Positions 1 through 13,300 of a DNA stretch of 64,000 bases are shown piece by piece. Within the stretch, counting starts at the first letter, position 1. Each line of letters starts with the position of its first letter. A program made the translations under genes and the position numbers. Origin of the DNA: Antedon mediterranea (lineage: Eukaryota; Animalia; Echinodermata); assembly GCF_964355755.1 (NCBI RefSeq), contig NC_092676.1, forward strand, positions 18,060,871-18,124,870, read 5' to 3'. The notes beneath the pieces were generated by a model, which made no database searches, was not told the DNA's origin, and saw only the letters and a program-made list of their open reading frames with translations.

Positions 1-162
1 TCGAAAATCAGTAATAATAAACTGCATTCATAATACATACGGTCACGGAAAAATATCACTTGGAATTCAACAAAAACTGAACAAAATAACAAGACAAGAA
101 AAGTGTGACTGCTACCAAGCGCCACCAGATACCACAATACTGTATGTACAAAACATACTTAC

Positions 163-3100
163 AAGTATTGCAAATTGTTCAATCCATGAAATATAGCAGC
201 TGGTAAATTACTAATTTGATTTCTCAAAATATCATATATGTTACTATAACTCGTGTTCTGCACGGTCTTTTTCTGCCTTAATATGTGGTTTTATACTTTG
301 CATGGACAAGTATAATAACAACGCACTTTAATAAAAGTACTTTGACAAATTATTAAAATGAAAACAAATTGTATCACGAATAAAATTCGGAACTAACTGT
401 ATTTACGGCCATTGGTTTGTTATACACTATCCCTTCACTTTAAAATATATGTAGCTGTGCTGTGTAAATTAGATGATGCTGTGTAAATTAGATGATGCGC
501 GCAAACACACAACGAAAGTATTAAAATGCCAAACTATATCATTAATATGTATTATGTATATGTATATGTATATAATATGTATTAATTATTTGATATGTAG
601 AGATAAAAAAAAAGTGGACAAAAATCAAATGAAAAACACATTGCTGCACAAACACGAATTGTTAAGTTTATTGGGCAGACATCTCGGTCCTAACGGGACA
701 CAGGAAGATAGCCTACAGTTATTCCTGCAAGCTTACTCAATAAAACTCAGCTATCGGGATTTCACTCGAAAAATGTCTTATCAAATCTCCCTATGTAATT
801 TTATAATACAATTCCCCACAATATATTCTGATTCTTTATGGCGTATATTTAATTTGATCTTTATTAATTTGCAGTATAATTCCTATTATTTAACTACTGT
901 ACCTTCACACACGTGTGGTATGTTTTAAAATAAACAAAAAACTGAAATGGCTATGATTAATGGCCAATTTTTTTTTCTTCTTCCAAAGGGACACTGTATT
1001 GATTGATGGAAAGTGCCTGTTTCCAGTCACCTTTAGGGTCAAATCTATTATTTTAACGGCTCCCTTGTGTATAAAAGAGAGAAAATATTTGAAACTAAGG
1101 TGAACTTATCTTAAACCCGGAAATTACTTTGACCGGGAAGAATTGAAATTGAGAGGAAAATCCAATGTTGAAATCATAAATGTTGTTAAAAAACTCTTTA
1201 TAATATCTTCCTAAGATATAAATATGGAACAATAGCGTCGGCGTGCACACTAATGTTATCAAATCTACGTTTCGCGGTACATCTCGGATAGATAAGGTAG
1301 GTATCCAAGGCGGAGATTTGTACCAAAGTTTTTGCATTGTGCTCGCCTACGTCAGAATTAACCATAATTTATATATAGATAATAACGATTTACACACGTG
1401 GGCTTACGCTTTTTTTGCTTACATAAAAAAAAAATGTTAGCCTAGCGTTGCATGCTCCAAGCATGGAGGTCTATTTGTTACATCCAGTGATTTGTAAAAG
1501 TCGGAGGCTGGATGGCAATCTATAGTGTTATCGCAGTTCAAGAATTGATTCTCCATGGAGAGGGAACCAACATGATGGCGGCTACAATCGACCAATCAGA
1601 TATGCCCTACGCAGTACGCACTACGCCTGTGTTAGTTTAGTTTAGTTTAGTTATAATGGGAAAGTTTAGGCGAGTGCCTTTTTAACCCCATATCAACTAC
1701 ATTGTGTCGATGCGATTCTTGAAGGTGTTAGTGGTCTCAGAATTAACAACGTCAGCTGGTAAACTGTTCCAATGGTTTATTACTCGTTGCGAGAAGGTAT
1801 GTCTTCTACAGTTCAATCCTTTATGGAAAATAGGCTTGAAAAATCTCAGGTGATGTCCTCGAGTAATTCTGCTAATATTACTTCTCATCTGGAAAAAGTC
1901 ATCCTTGAGCCTATCTGCATGAGAACGATGCGCAACGCGCGTTAAGCACATGAACGCGAACGCATTCTATATGATCCTCGTCAAAGGTCAAAATTAGGAG
2001 TTTATTGACAGTTTTATGATTTTTATTACATTAGAACAAATACAAACAAATACTTTGCGAGTAATTTGAGACCACAATTATCACTTTTTGACCAGTGGTT
2101 GATGAGATATTCATATGGCCAATTTCTTGACCAGTGGTCAGAAAAGAGTTTCTGTCCACTTTTGGCAACAAATTACCCATTAGAGTGAATAGAAATATGG
2201 GTCTTCTGAGTAGTTTGGCACAAAAATATTCCAATACACCCAGTAGTTACCAAGTTACGCACAGTCCTGACTTTGACCATATTGACCTTTTGGCCCCTGT
2301 ACTGACCAAGCATTCCAATTTTTTTTCGGCCAACAGCAAAAAATTGATTTGTATAGATATAAGGAAGCAAAAAAACATTGTTAACATACTTTGCTAGAGG
2401 GTGCACGTAAACCCTTTCTGGCTCTCCAACTAAATATATTACCAATGGCATTTAACCGATTATTAAAATTTTGTAGTAAATTACTCTCATACTATTTTTA
2501 ATTGGTTTATTTATTTTTTTGGCAGAAAGAGAGGCCAACAACACTGTATTGCATTGTCAGCTGGTATGATATAGCTTATTACTTTATTGGTCTTAAAATC
2601 AAAGAGGCAATCAATAACTTTTCAAGATTGGATTCGAGACAATTACAGTTTCTTGAAAAGGAAAATATACTACTTACTGCAAATAGAAAAACAAATTATG
2701 CAGTTCAGGGCTATTGTTAGGATAGATAAATATGAACTTCTTAGAGTGTTAAAATATAGAAAATTAAAATGTTCAAATAATAACCTCAGTTGACAGTTTA
2801 CCATTTTACTTTTAACAAAGTGAATCACCTGGCTTATATTTTAGGTCACATCTAAGAACTCTGATACTTCATGCAAAACAACACATAAAAACCGAGTGAA
2901 AACATTCTGTTGTTTTAGAGAAAAAAAATTATTGTTATAACACACTATAATAGGTAAATTTAAACTTACATCGATTGAAGACTTGATAAATTATTATCCT
3001 TAAAGATATTTAAAACCCTCTCATCATACCCTTGCAGCCACCTATGAAATAATAAAATAAAACAATTTGTCAAAAACTAAACAAATTTATTATTGTCTTG

Positions 3101-6100
3101 AAGACTGATCATGATGATGGGACTGATATATCAGTTCCATCATTACAATTATGGACAATTTAATATTGGTGGTATAATACATACAAGAACAATTGAAAAC
3201 TATCTTTGGGCATCTTCTTATTAACTATTTATCATTTGGGAAAGTTAAATGTTGATTTTATTTCACATACTTTTTCCAATGATAATGAAATATGAGAGGG
3301 TAAAAACTTACCTGTATAATTAGTGTTCGCTGTAAATTCAGTTTACTTATTAACTACACATACTTTATCTAACTAACAACAGGACGCTGAGCTTGACTTG
3401 CCAACATATGCTATCATAACGAACGTGTATTGAAATGATGTCAACCTTCATTTTGACAATGTTGACATTAAAATGCATAATAAAATCAGATGATGTTTAT
3501 ACTCACTTTATTGTTATGTTTCACCAAAAGCTGCCTCTTATATACATACCTTAATGTACACATTTATTAATTTATATTGAAAGTGGGAAGGGTTTTGTAT
3601 ATTAAAGCAAGGCTATCAATAAGTGTGCGGATTATGGATGGTACCGTTTTGGTACCCACAGATCAGTCAAGCGTATACGGGGTGGAGACTTGTTTCGAAA
3701 CTAGAGTTACCCTGCCTTTGATCTGGTCGAGCTCAGCGTCCTGTTGTTAGATTGCCTTGCACATACACATGTTAGTAAGAGAATATTTTGGCTTTAGTGA
3801 GAAATATGATAGAAATGTATTTTTCTGGAAATAATTCAATATTTTCTGATATTACATAACATCAGATAATTATCAGATATTATTCTATAATTCTTTAATT
3901 TGTATTTATATTGGAAACACAACTAGTAATTCTTTTAATATTAAGCCTATATTATATGATTTGAGAAATGGTAGGAAAGAAACTTGCTGTTGGTGAATTA
4001 GCAATACTGAAGGAAACTAGCAGTAAGAAGACATTGAACATCTTAGGTAGAATAGCCAAGGTGGTAAATTAATGTATATTATAAAGACATCAAAAGTGTC
4101 AAAAAAGAACCCTGAGTTGAATAGAACAATCAGGCTTTCAACTCATGAACATTTTCAATAAAACTATAAAACATTCACAACACATTATATTCTTAACTAA
4201 ATTTTGATTAATTAATCTGTCACTTAAATGTTGAATCGATGTGCATGTTGTAAAGTACTAGACATCTATTAGAGGCCTAAATACTTTAAACTGTGTTATG
4301 TATCTATAAACCTGTTGTAAAGTACTAGACATCTATTAGAGGCTAAAATACTTTGAACTGTGTTCTGTTTCTATAAACCTGTTGCAAAGTACTAGACATC
4401 TATTAGAGACAAGAGTGAGTGAGTGGCCGAGCGGTTAAGATAGTGGAACCGTAATCATGTAGCCATAACATCGGCAGGGGTTCGAGGCTCACTCACTCCA
4501 TGGTTCTGGTGGTAGAACGAGTCTTCTCGGATAAGGACTATAAACCGTAGGTCCAATGTACACAACTTGCTCGTGTGCACTTTAAAGAACCTAGTACATC
4601 TTTCGAGATGAGTAGGGGGTTACCCCGGTGTATTAGTACATCACAGCCACTGATCACCAACTGGGCCCTCTGGGAGATCAGTCTTTGACTGAAGAGATTA
4701 CCCAGTATAAAGATAAAACAAACAAACAAACAAAAATACTTTGAACTGTGTTATGTTTCTACAAACCTGTTGCAAAGTACTAGACATCTATTAGAGGCCT
4801 AAATACTTTAAACTGTGTTATGTATCTATAAACCTGTTGTAAAGTACTAGACACCTATTAGAGGCCTAAATACTTTAAACTGTGTTATGTTTCTATAAAC
4901 CTGTTGCAAAGTACTAGACATCTATTAGAGGCTAAAATACTTTGAACTGGGTTATGTATCTATAAACCTGTTGTAAAGTACTAGACATCTATTAGAGGCT
5001 AAAATACTTTGATCTGTGTTATGTTTCTATAAACCTGTTGCAAAGTACTAGACATCTATTAGAGGCTAAAATACTTTAAACTGTGTTATGTATCTATAAA
5101 CCTGTTGTAAAGTACTAGACATCTATTAGAGGCCTAAATACTTTAAACTGTGTTATGTTTCTATAAACCTGTTGTAAAGTACTAGACATCTATTAGAGGC
5201 CTAAATACTTTGAGCTGTGTTCTGTTTCTATAAACCTGTTGCAAAGTACTAGACATCTATTAGAGGCTAAAATACTTTGAACTGTGTTCTGTTTCTATAA
5301 ACCTGTTACAAAGTACTAGACATCTATTAGAGGCTAAATACTTTGAACTGTGTTCTGTTTCTATAAACCTGTTGTAAAGTACTAGACATCTATTAGAGGC
5401 TAAAATACTTTGAACTGTGTTCTGTTTCTATAAACCTATTGCAAAGTACTAGACACCTATTAGAGGCCTAAATACTTTGAACTGTGTTCTGTTTCTATAA
5501 ACCTATTGTAAAGTACTAGACATCTATTAGAGGCCTAAATACTTTGAACTGTGTTCTGTTTCTACAAACCTGTTGTAAAGTACTAGACATCTATTAGAGG
5601 CTAAAATACTTTGAACTGTGTTCTGTTTCTATAAACCTGTTGTAAAGTACTAGACATCTATTAGAGGCTAAAATACTTTGAACTGTGTTCTGTTTCTATA
5701 AACCTGTTGCAAAGTACTAGACATCTATTAGAGGCTAAAATACTTTGAACTGTGTTCTGTTTCTATAAACCTGTTACAAAGTACTAGACATCTATTAGAG
5801 GCTAAAATACTTTGAACTGTGTTCTGTTTCTATAAACCAAAGTGATTAAAGCACTTGACACAACCAACAATCAAGCACACAAAATTCACTAAATATTAAA
5901 CTATTTCAAAAGATTGATTGTAAAATTTACTTTTTTTAAATTTAATTTATGAATGTTAGTACTAGGAGTGTCAAGAATCATTAACATTGTATACTTACAT
6001 GCGTTCTAAAGGCTTATACTTATTCATCTTAATGATCAATGCTGCTATGTCACTCCATGGCACTGTTTTCTTCACACACTTGATGTCAAAATACAAATTG

Positions 6101-7927
6101 TATTGATCCTCTATACCATAACATATGCAATCAATTGGACATTCTGTGGTTAAAACATAAATGTTAGATAAATATTTAAAAAAAATAGAACTTTACATAA
6201 GCATAGGGATGGTATTGTCCTGATTATGATAGATACGCCCTCCACAAAATGTGTATTTATTTTCATCTTTCTGGTTTTGTACCTTCTTCTTTCTAATTTT
6301 TTTTTTATATATATATTGTTTGAATTGATGGAAGCCAAAGTGAACCATGTTATATATCAAGTAACACAAGTAGACACTTAAGATATTAGATGGAGAAATG
6401 TCAATTGAGATGTTAATAACATTCTTGCATTAACAATGCTATTTTTATCTAAAAGACATTCTGATCACATGATTGGCCATAGAAACAGAAATTTAGCACA
6501 AAAAAAACAAAAAGAAATCGTCATACAGTAGATAATCAGACACAACACAACAGAAAAAAAATCATTTGAATATATCATTACATTTTAAATACATATTTTT
6601 TATTTTTGCTATGTTTTATTTATTCAGTTGAACATTCCATACCTTACCTTATACTGCATGCCAGTATAAAGGAAGTGTAGGTTAAACAGTAGTGTAGGTT
6701 GGAGACAGCATAACAAAAACAGAGTTGGATCATTAGATACCAGTTCAGGGATTTAAGAGTAAATATCAGTCATTAAATTGTATTAGAAGTTAGTAATAGA
6801 ACCACGAAAGAAATCAGTCAATACTAAATACGAGCATTAAGCAAGTATAAGGTTCATTAAACTTACTGATTTCACAATGAAGACCAACATATTTATCAGG
6901 ACAAACACATGTATTATTTGACATGTGACATGTACCTCCATTCTGACATGGATTGCTGTTACACATAGTATCTTCAGTTCCTAACAAAATAAAACAAACT
7001 GTTAAAGTGAGAATTACACACACCATCTTTGATTATAATATTTCTATATACCACAGCCTATAGGCCTACTTTACTATGTACAGTATATTCTAGTCAACTT
7101 AATAGACTTTTTCTTTGAACTCCATCTAAAAGAGGCAATTTCATTTTAATACATAAAAAAAGAAAGTATGGTAATTGAGTCTAAATTGCAAGTAGGCCTA
7201 CTTAAGTGATAACTTTGTCAAAGTGTAGATACTCAGAATGAATGAAAAATAAATGATGAAGAAACCCAAAAGAACTTTACATACTTTTCAATTCAATTCA
7301 ATTCAATTCAATTCAACGTAAACATTTATTTTCTTTCTTTCAATCAATAATAAAACAAATGAATAAGGTATTAAAAAAAAGTAATCCTATCCTTTATTTA
7401 AAGGTAATCAATATTACAGTAAATTGTACAATTCATTTTCCAAATAACAAAATAAAATGCTATAAAATAATAAACATAATTGATTGAAGACTAAAGTTTT
7501 AAGGGGTTATTCACCAATTAGAAATCTTTTTACCACTTATTTACGGTAGTCCAGTAAAAATTGTGAATTTACTACATAACAAGTAACTACTACATAACAA
7601 GTAACGACTACATAATAGACATGCATGTTATTGCTTAAACATAGTTATGGGACTTACAGATAATATGGTCAAACAAAACCTGCTAACCACAAACTTTTAT
7701 CTGTATAAATAACATCTTCCAATTTAAATTTCAAAGAAAACAATTTTGTTACAAAACTTTTGTAAAGAATATAAACAACACAAAAAAAAACATTTAAAAA
7801 ATTTGTTCTCAAACAGTCAATTAATCCTACTGCTGCTACACAATCAAAATAAATGAATCATACCATTTGTGGAACAACTACACAATTTGAATCCAACAAA
7901 AATTATAATGCACTGCAAGGTAAACAT
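163..7927 (-). CDS. Copy 0 of the receptor, 5' part (continues off the left edge)
   Basis: Signal peptide exon 7927-7864, EGF exon 6980-6867, LRRNT exon 6143-5999, LRR1 exon 3041-2970, and a 5'-truncated LRR cassette at 222-163 with an intact GTAAGT donor. Confidence 0.8.
243..1379 (-). mobile_element. Non-autonomous Helitron-like element
   Basis: Minus strand starts A|TCTATATATAAAT at 1379, like the element at 60123. The better-preserved homolog at ~34442 ends in a hairpin (ccgtgcggaacacagg) plus CTAG. Confidence 0.5.
1634..1904 (-). mobile_element. 5'-truncated CR1-like LINE 3' end
   Basis: Encodes TRGH...FSQRVINHWNSLPADVVNSETTNTFKNRID with a (CTAAA)n tail; absent at the homologous site ~36080. 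Confidence 0.85.
3373..3757. mobile_element. MITE-like element with terminal inverted repeats
   Basis: ctaacaacaggacgctgagcttgac at ~3373 is inverted against gtcgagctcagcgtcctgttgttag at ~3726-3750; the right end is deleted in unit 2. Confidence 0.55.
4245..5838. repeat. 67-bp minisatellite (~19 copies), intronic
   Basis: Unit aaagtactagacatctattagaggctaaaatactttgaactgtgttctgtttctataaacctgttgt; interrupted by a SINE. Confidence 0.95.
4413..4730 (+). mobile_element. tRNA-derived SINE
   Basis: A box TGGCCGAGCGG, B box GGTTCGAGGCT, stem gagtgagt/actcactc, unrelated body, (AAAC)n tail. Empty site gagacaaaaatac is seen in unit 2. Confidence 0.88.
6867..6980 (-). CDS. EGF-like domain exon (copy 0)
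   Basis: 114 nt, phase 1-1, six-Cys EGF pattern [31 protein letters not shown]. Confidence 0.9.
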
Positions 7928-7949
7928 TTTATCAAAATCCTTAAACTCG

Positions 7950-8085
7950 CAATAGAAATCCAGCACAAATCGTAATAGAAATCGTAACAGAAATCCTGCA
8001 CAACTCGTAATAAAAATTCTGTACAAATCCTGACAGAAATCCTGCACAAATCGTAATAGAAATCCCACACAAATCGTAATAGAAC
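7950..8085. repeat. Short degenerate tandem repeat (~23 bp) just upstream of the ATG; homolog at ~40340-40475
   Basis: Repeats of aaatcgtaatagaaatcc(a/t/c)gcac. Confidence 0.7.
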
Positions 8086-10739
8086 CTTTAACTCAATCAT
8101 TTGGTTTAATGCGAGATTCATTATTGGAAAAGATACTTCATCAATTTTTAATAGTAAACTTCTTTTTAAAAATTTATATAAATCACTCCACCAGACCATT
8201 TGTTCTTAATAAACAGGATATGATGATCTTGGTGGATGTCAGAATATCTTCATCAATATGATATTTGTTTATTAATTCATTTTAACTTTTTCTCCATTTT
8301 AGTAACAAAACTATAGGTTTAAAAAAAAGATCTTTTATAGTAGAACAAAATAATAATTTATCTTTAAAATCAAATACTGTTAAATACTACAGTAGTTGTG
8401 TATTTAGAAGTCCAGACGCATGCCTCGCAAAATCAAGAAGAAATTCACTACAAGTGACCAAAATTTTATTGCCCTCTCAATTTCTTGGATATGGCAGCCA
8501 AAATGATCAAATATCTAGAGACTTTACTGTTTATTAAACAACTAATGCCAAACATTGTTAAAAAAGTGGTTTGGGATTTATTGAAATACTCTTGATGTTT
8601 TAAACAAATTTAAAAGGTGTTCATCTCTTCTGACTGCATATTTAAACCAAATAAGATACAGTAGTCTTGCTAATTCAGTAATATCACTGAAACTGTGACA
8701 AAAAAGCAACAAACATCAATCATATTGATGAGGTGACCAAAACAAACCTTCCAACTCTGGATATCAAGAGGTTTTATGAAACTATACAGGGCGCTATAAT
8801 AATACATCAAGTCACAGAGATGACTCAAAATATCGGGAGACTATTGGGGAGTTGGGACGTCAAGAATTTTTCATTTTCTATGGATGGAAACTTTACAATT
8901 AGTATTCCTGAAATGGTGCTCTCCTTCCTGGCTATTACTGTAGTCCCCAGTAAAAGGAAATGTCACGACAAATATGGTCCTGGGCCAAAATCGGTTCGGA
9001 CCGATTTTGGTGTGACAGGAATATAAACCTAAACCTTCACAAACCGTAACCGTTTATAGTCACGGTAAATAAAGGTAAATCTATGAACAAAGCAACTCCA
9101 CCCACAATACATTTCCACTCACTGTATTACATTTAACCTTGCAAGATTTGATACAGGAAACACAAGAAAAATGATGAGATATTTTGACTACGTTGCAATC
9201 TTTGACAGTGTTTCCACATGAAAGACTAATTCACAAGTTTACTTTTTATGTGATTCTCCTACTTTAAAGTACTTATGAGGCCTAATTCTAAGGTGTGGTA
9301 TTCAGGATAAAGTCAAAATACTTACAAGGCAGGTGCGAAAGGGAACAAGACTATTGCAGGCCTAGTGCCCACATAAATAAATAGTATAGGCCTAGGCCTA
9401 CCAGAAATTTTTTATTAAAATATATAAAAACACAACCAATTTCAAACGTCTAATAAAGGCATAGGCCCTCCACCTTTTGCCTAGGCCTGTGCTTAGGCTT
9501 ATGCCTAGCTAGGCATAGTAGTAGAGGCCTAACCAGGTAGGTAGGGCCTATGGGAATAATCCGGGCCTATAGGATAGGCCTATCCTACCTATATAGCTAG
9601 CCTTAGGCTTAGGCCTAGGCTAGCTAGGCATATTAATAAGCCAAAGCACAGGCCTAGGCAAAAAAGTGGAGGGCCTATATACATTTATACCAGAGTACCT
9701 GAACTTACAAGGAGATTTACTATACTTAAATAATTCTAAAAGGTTTTAAAGATATAAACTTTAAAGATATTTTCAAGATCTTCCACGTGTTATTCATGAT
9801 CTTCAAAACATTGAAATATCGCCCTCAACTTTTAATGTGGAGTAAACTTTTAATGGTCTTTTACTGTTACATCATCAGAACCCCCTCTCAGTTAAATAGA
9901 TTTTAGAAAAAGACACATTTTAAATGATTACAAACAATAGGCCCTCAAAAAAAATACAAAAATGGCTGCATGTTTATATTTTTACCAGGCTCTGGTTATT
10001 AATAAGAACGAGCCTATGTACTGTCTATAGTTAAATAGCAAATAATTAAACGTTAATTAAAATTAAGCGTTACAGTACAGTAATTATTAATTAGATTTAG
10101 ATTAATATTATCTGTTATATGAAAACAAAATGCTCACTTTCTGGACTCCATCATGTTTTAATTTTACATGTTTTAAGTGCATCCATGATAGTAAAATGAC
10201 AAAAACAGAAAACGTAATGAAAGACTAGTCATAATTACATTACCATTTTAAATCTCAAGCACAATCAAGAATAACAAGAGTGGCTCAGATAAAAGTCTCC
10301 GTCTGGAATTGATGGTCTGGAAAAAGGCCGCAGTTTGTCGGTGATTTTGATGTTTCAATTGGCTTTAGAATAAGATTACACTTTTTATAAAGGGAATGAT
10401 TGGTAGAAGTTACCATACCGCACATCATCGGATCATATGACCTTTACTCCATCACCCAGCTCAACCATTTGAAAAATGACATGCTTGTTAATCACCATAG
10501 CAGCAATCTCTTGGGACCAAAATGTTAAAATTGTCTCAACAGGCATGTTTTTTTAGATCAACCTCTTGATTTCTCATCACCTTATTTCAGCTGGAATCCT
10601 CCTCCAAATGATTCCAACGTTTGGTAGTTATAAACAACTGTACAAACTGGAAATGATAAGAAGTTTGAAATCCAAAAGTTTTAAGTATGTATGTGTTTAA
10701 GATTCATACATCCCATCTTCTCATATCTGCTACGTTATT

Positions 10740-10910
10740 AATAATAATAATAATGTTCAATTTACTATAGCGCAAAATGCAGACGCCTCTAAGCGCTGAA
10801 CAATCAACGGAAAAAAGAAGAGCAAAAACTATAGAAATTGCAATTTAAAAAGATGGGATTTCATGAGTTGTTTGAATGTGGTGAGTGATTCAGTATTCCT
10901 GATATAACAT
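10740..10910 (-). mobile_element. L2-like LINE 3' tail fragment (also at ~43120-43290)
   Basis: Minus strand reads IRNTESLTTFKQLMKSHLF, then an agcgct...gcgctata stem and a (TTA)n tail. Confidence 0.55.
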
Positions 10911-10950
10911 GGAATGACTTTGTTTAGTTCTTAACAGTTCGTGTATTGTA

Positions 10951-11022
10951 GGGGGTGTCTATAAAACTAAGATATCTTGGGTCTTACTTTTTCTTAGACA
11001 GTTCTTAGTTTTCTAGACACCC
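10951..11022. mobile_element. Tiny TIR element remnant flanked by TA (also at ~43333-43403)
   Basis: gggtgtctataaaactaaga ... tcttagttttctagacaccc. Confidence 0.5.
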
Positions 11023-12526
11023 TATTTTAGGGGCCATCATGAGACAAACTTTTGCTTCTAATGAGAAGGTACCAGTTATTATTATTCACTGAATAAATAT
11101 GGAATAAATAATTAATCCACTTTTACTTTTCAGATTATTGGCATGAAAGAAACTGTAAATTAACCAAACGCTCTAAAACCTACCAACACTCAGTGTGTGT
11201 TTACCTGTATGTTTGCCTTTATGCTTTCCTGAATAGTAACATTGTAGGTTTGATAATTTTCTAGTCGATTGATTATTATGAAAATTAACCTGTTATATCA
11301 TTCAAAGGTTGTAGATATAATTATATTGCTGAATTTAATATTATGTTTTTAATAATTGATACTGTAATGTAATGGGATACAAAAAAACACCAATCATGAT
11401 AAACAGGCAGAAATGCTATGTTTAGTAAGTAGGTGGTAAGTAATATTAATAATTGGTAGACGTGACGAAATAGAGAAATCTCCAAGAAATGTTAATTGTT
11501 TTGTAACTTGGCAATAGTGATGCAGTTTCCCTGAAATAATAAAACTATGAGTTGAATTGAATCTGTTAATAAATAATCTGTAGTAATTCATTGATAATAG
11601 TTTATGATGATGGGCTGTTAAATTGCAAAATCGCAGAGTGTGGACACCCACCTCTTTTTCTACCTTTTGATTAAAAAAAACATTTTACAAAAACCCCGAC
11701 ATCATTGCCTACTCTCTGGCTCTCTGTCTATCTGTCTGAGATAGAATGTCCATCCGTCCGTCCCTTTCGTTAGCCTGTTAGTTGGCCACTGTGTATGCTT
11801 TCATTAATCATTTTGCTGTGATCGATGCATGTAATGTCCCTACTAAATCTATTTTATTGTCAAAATGTTTAATTAAAACAATCGTCTAAACTTCACTATT
11901 AACATGGTTAGGTATGAATCGGTACATATTGCACTTCCTATCTTAAGCTCTGTCTACACTATCAAACTTTATGTTAAAAAAATGTGATGTGTCCAAATAT
12001 GGTAGTGATATGACACCATCCTGTCCATATTATGGACAGTGGGCACATCACATTTTTTTGTTGCATAAAGTTTGATGAAATGAATCAAAACTCCCCAGCG
12101 GCCACCATCAGGAATTCCCAATCCTAAAGTTATTCCCAAGCTTCTTACACTTTGATGTTTATTTTTCTTTTAATGAAAATTGTTTTATATCTAATAATCA
12201 CAAGAAAAAGAACTTTATCAATCACAAATTGTTTTATTTCAAAGCCTTTGGTAACACACAATCAAATGTAATCTGAGTACGGTAGGCCTAAGTACATGTA
12301 ATGATCGTATAAGTACAATGGTCAACAGCGACGCATGCGGATCTCATCAATCATAAAACCCGAATTTATTTGAATTTAAACATTATCAATTTACTCAATA
12401 ATAAGTATAGACTGCATAAACACCATTGAAAAGTGCCACTGTCGGACATATTCCAAAACAGCAACATGTCATAGTAAATCAATAGTGTAGGCCTATATAA
12501 ATCGCCCAACAATCAGTACAATACAG

Positions 12527-12722
12527 TATATATATGATATATATATATATAATATATATATATAATATATATATATAATATATATATATAATATATATAT
12601 ATAATATATATATATAATATATATATATGATATATATATATAATATATATATATAATATATATATATAATATATATATATAATATATATATATAATATAT
12701 ATATATATTATATATATATATA
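12527..12722. repeat. Compound (TA)n microsatellite; shorter homolog at 46177-46263
   Basis: Direct reading. Confidence 0.95.
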
Positions 12723-13300
12723 ATTGAAATCTGCCGCAACACAGTATACATTGTGTTTATGAACACATTTTGTAATCTGAAATGGTAATTATAAAAACTA
12801 TAGAGGTGAAATATATATATGTTTTTATTCAATTATTTTTTAACGAATCAAACAAATTGCTACTTATTGGATCCTTACGCTAAGCATAAATCAAGATATG
12901 TATAAATCATCAATAACCTGGAATCCGAGTATAGTAAGTAAACGATCAAAAAGCACCTTATAGTCGAGCTCGGCACCTACTCTAATAACTCTACGTATTT
13001 TTTCCCTAATGGTCTATACGCATGCTATAGCAAGTTATACTCATTTTTAGTGCATGTTCAACTGAACACATGTTATAAATGTATTACCTGGGAAATTAAC
13101 ATTAGAAATCAAATACATTTCAATTCGTTATACTTTGATCAAATATTCAAACTAGAATGTTAATTTGAATCGACGAAGACAAAGCTTATTTAATCATTTA
13201 CAGTAAGGATTAATAGATAGAAAATAGAATAAAAAAAAGTGTACACAACATCAAACAAGAGTCTGCATATAAAGTAAATGATCAAATGAGCATCTCGTTG

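Noticed and set aside
4413-4500. tRNA gene
   Set aside because: The tRNA-like head continues into an unrelated body and an (AAAC)n tail, and is absent from the homologous site: a SINE.
8733-9026. 97-aa ORF identical at 41109-41402 (similarly 2031-2793 and 11394-11651)
   Set aside because: Identity is expected from the recent duplication; non-ATG start, no recognisable domain.
12479-12832. Ile/Tyr-rich ORF (and 46124-46309)
   Set aside because: Translation of a TA microsatellite.
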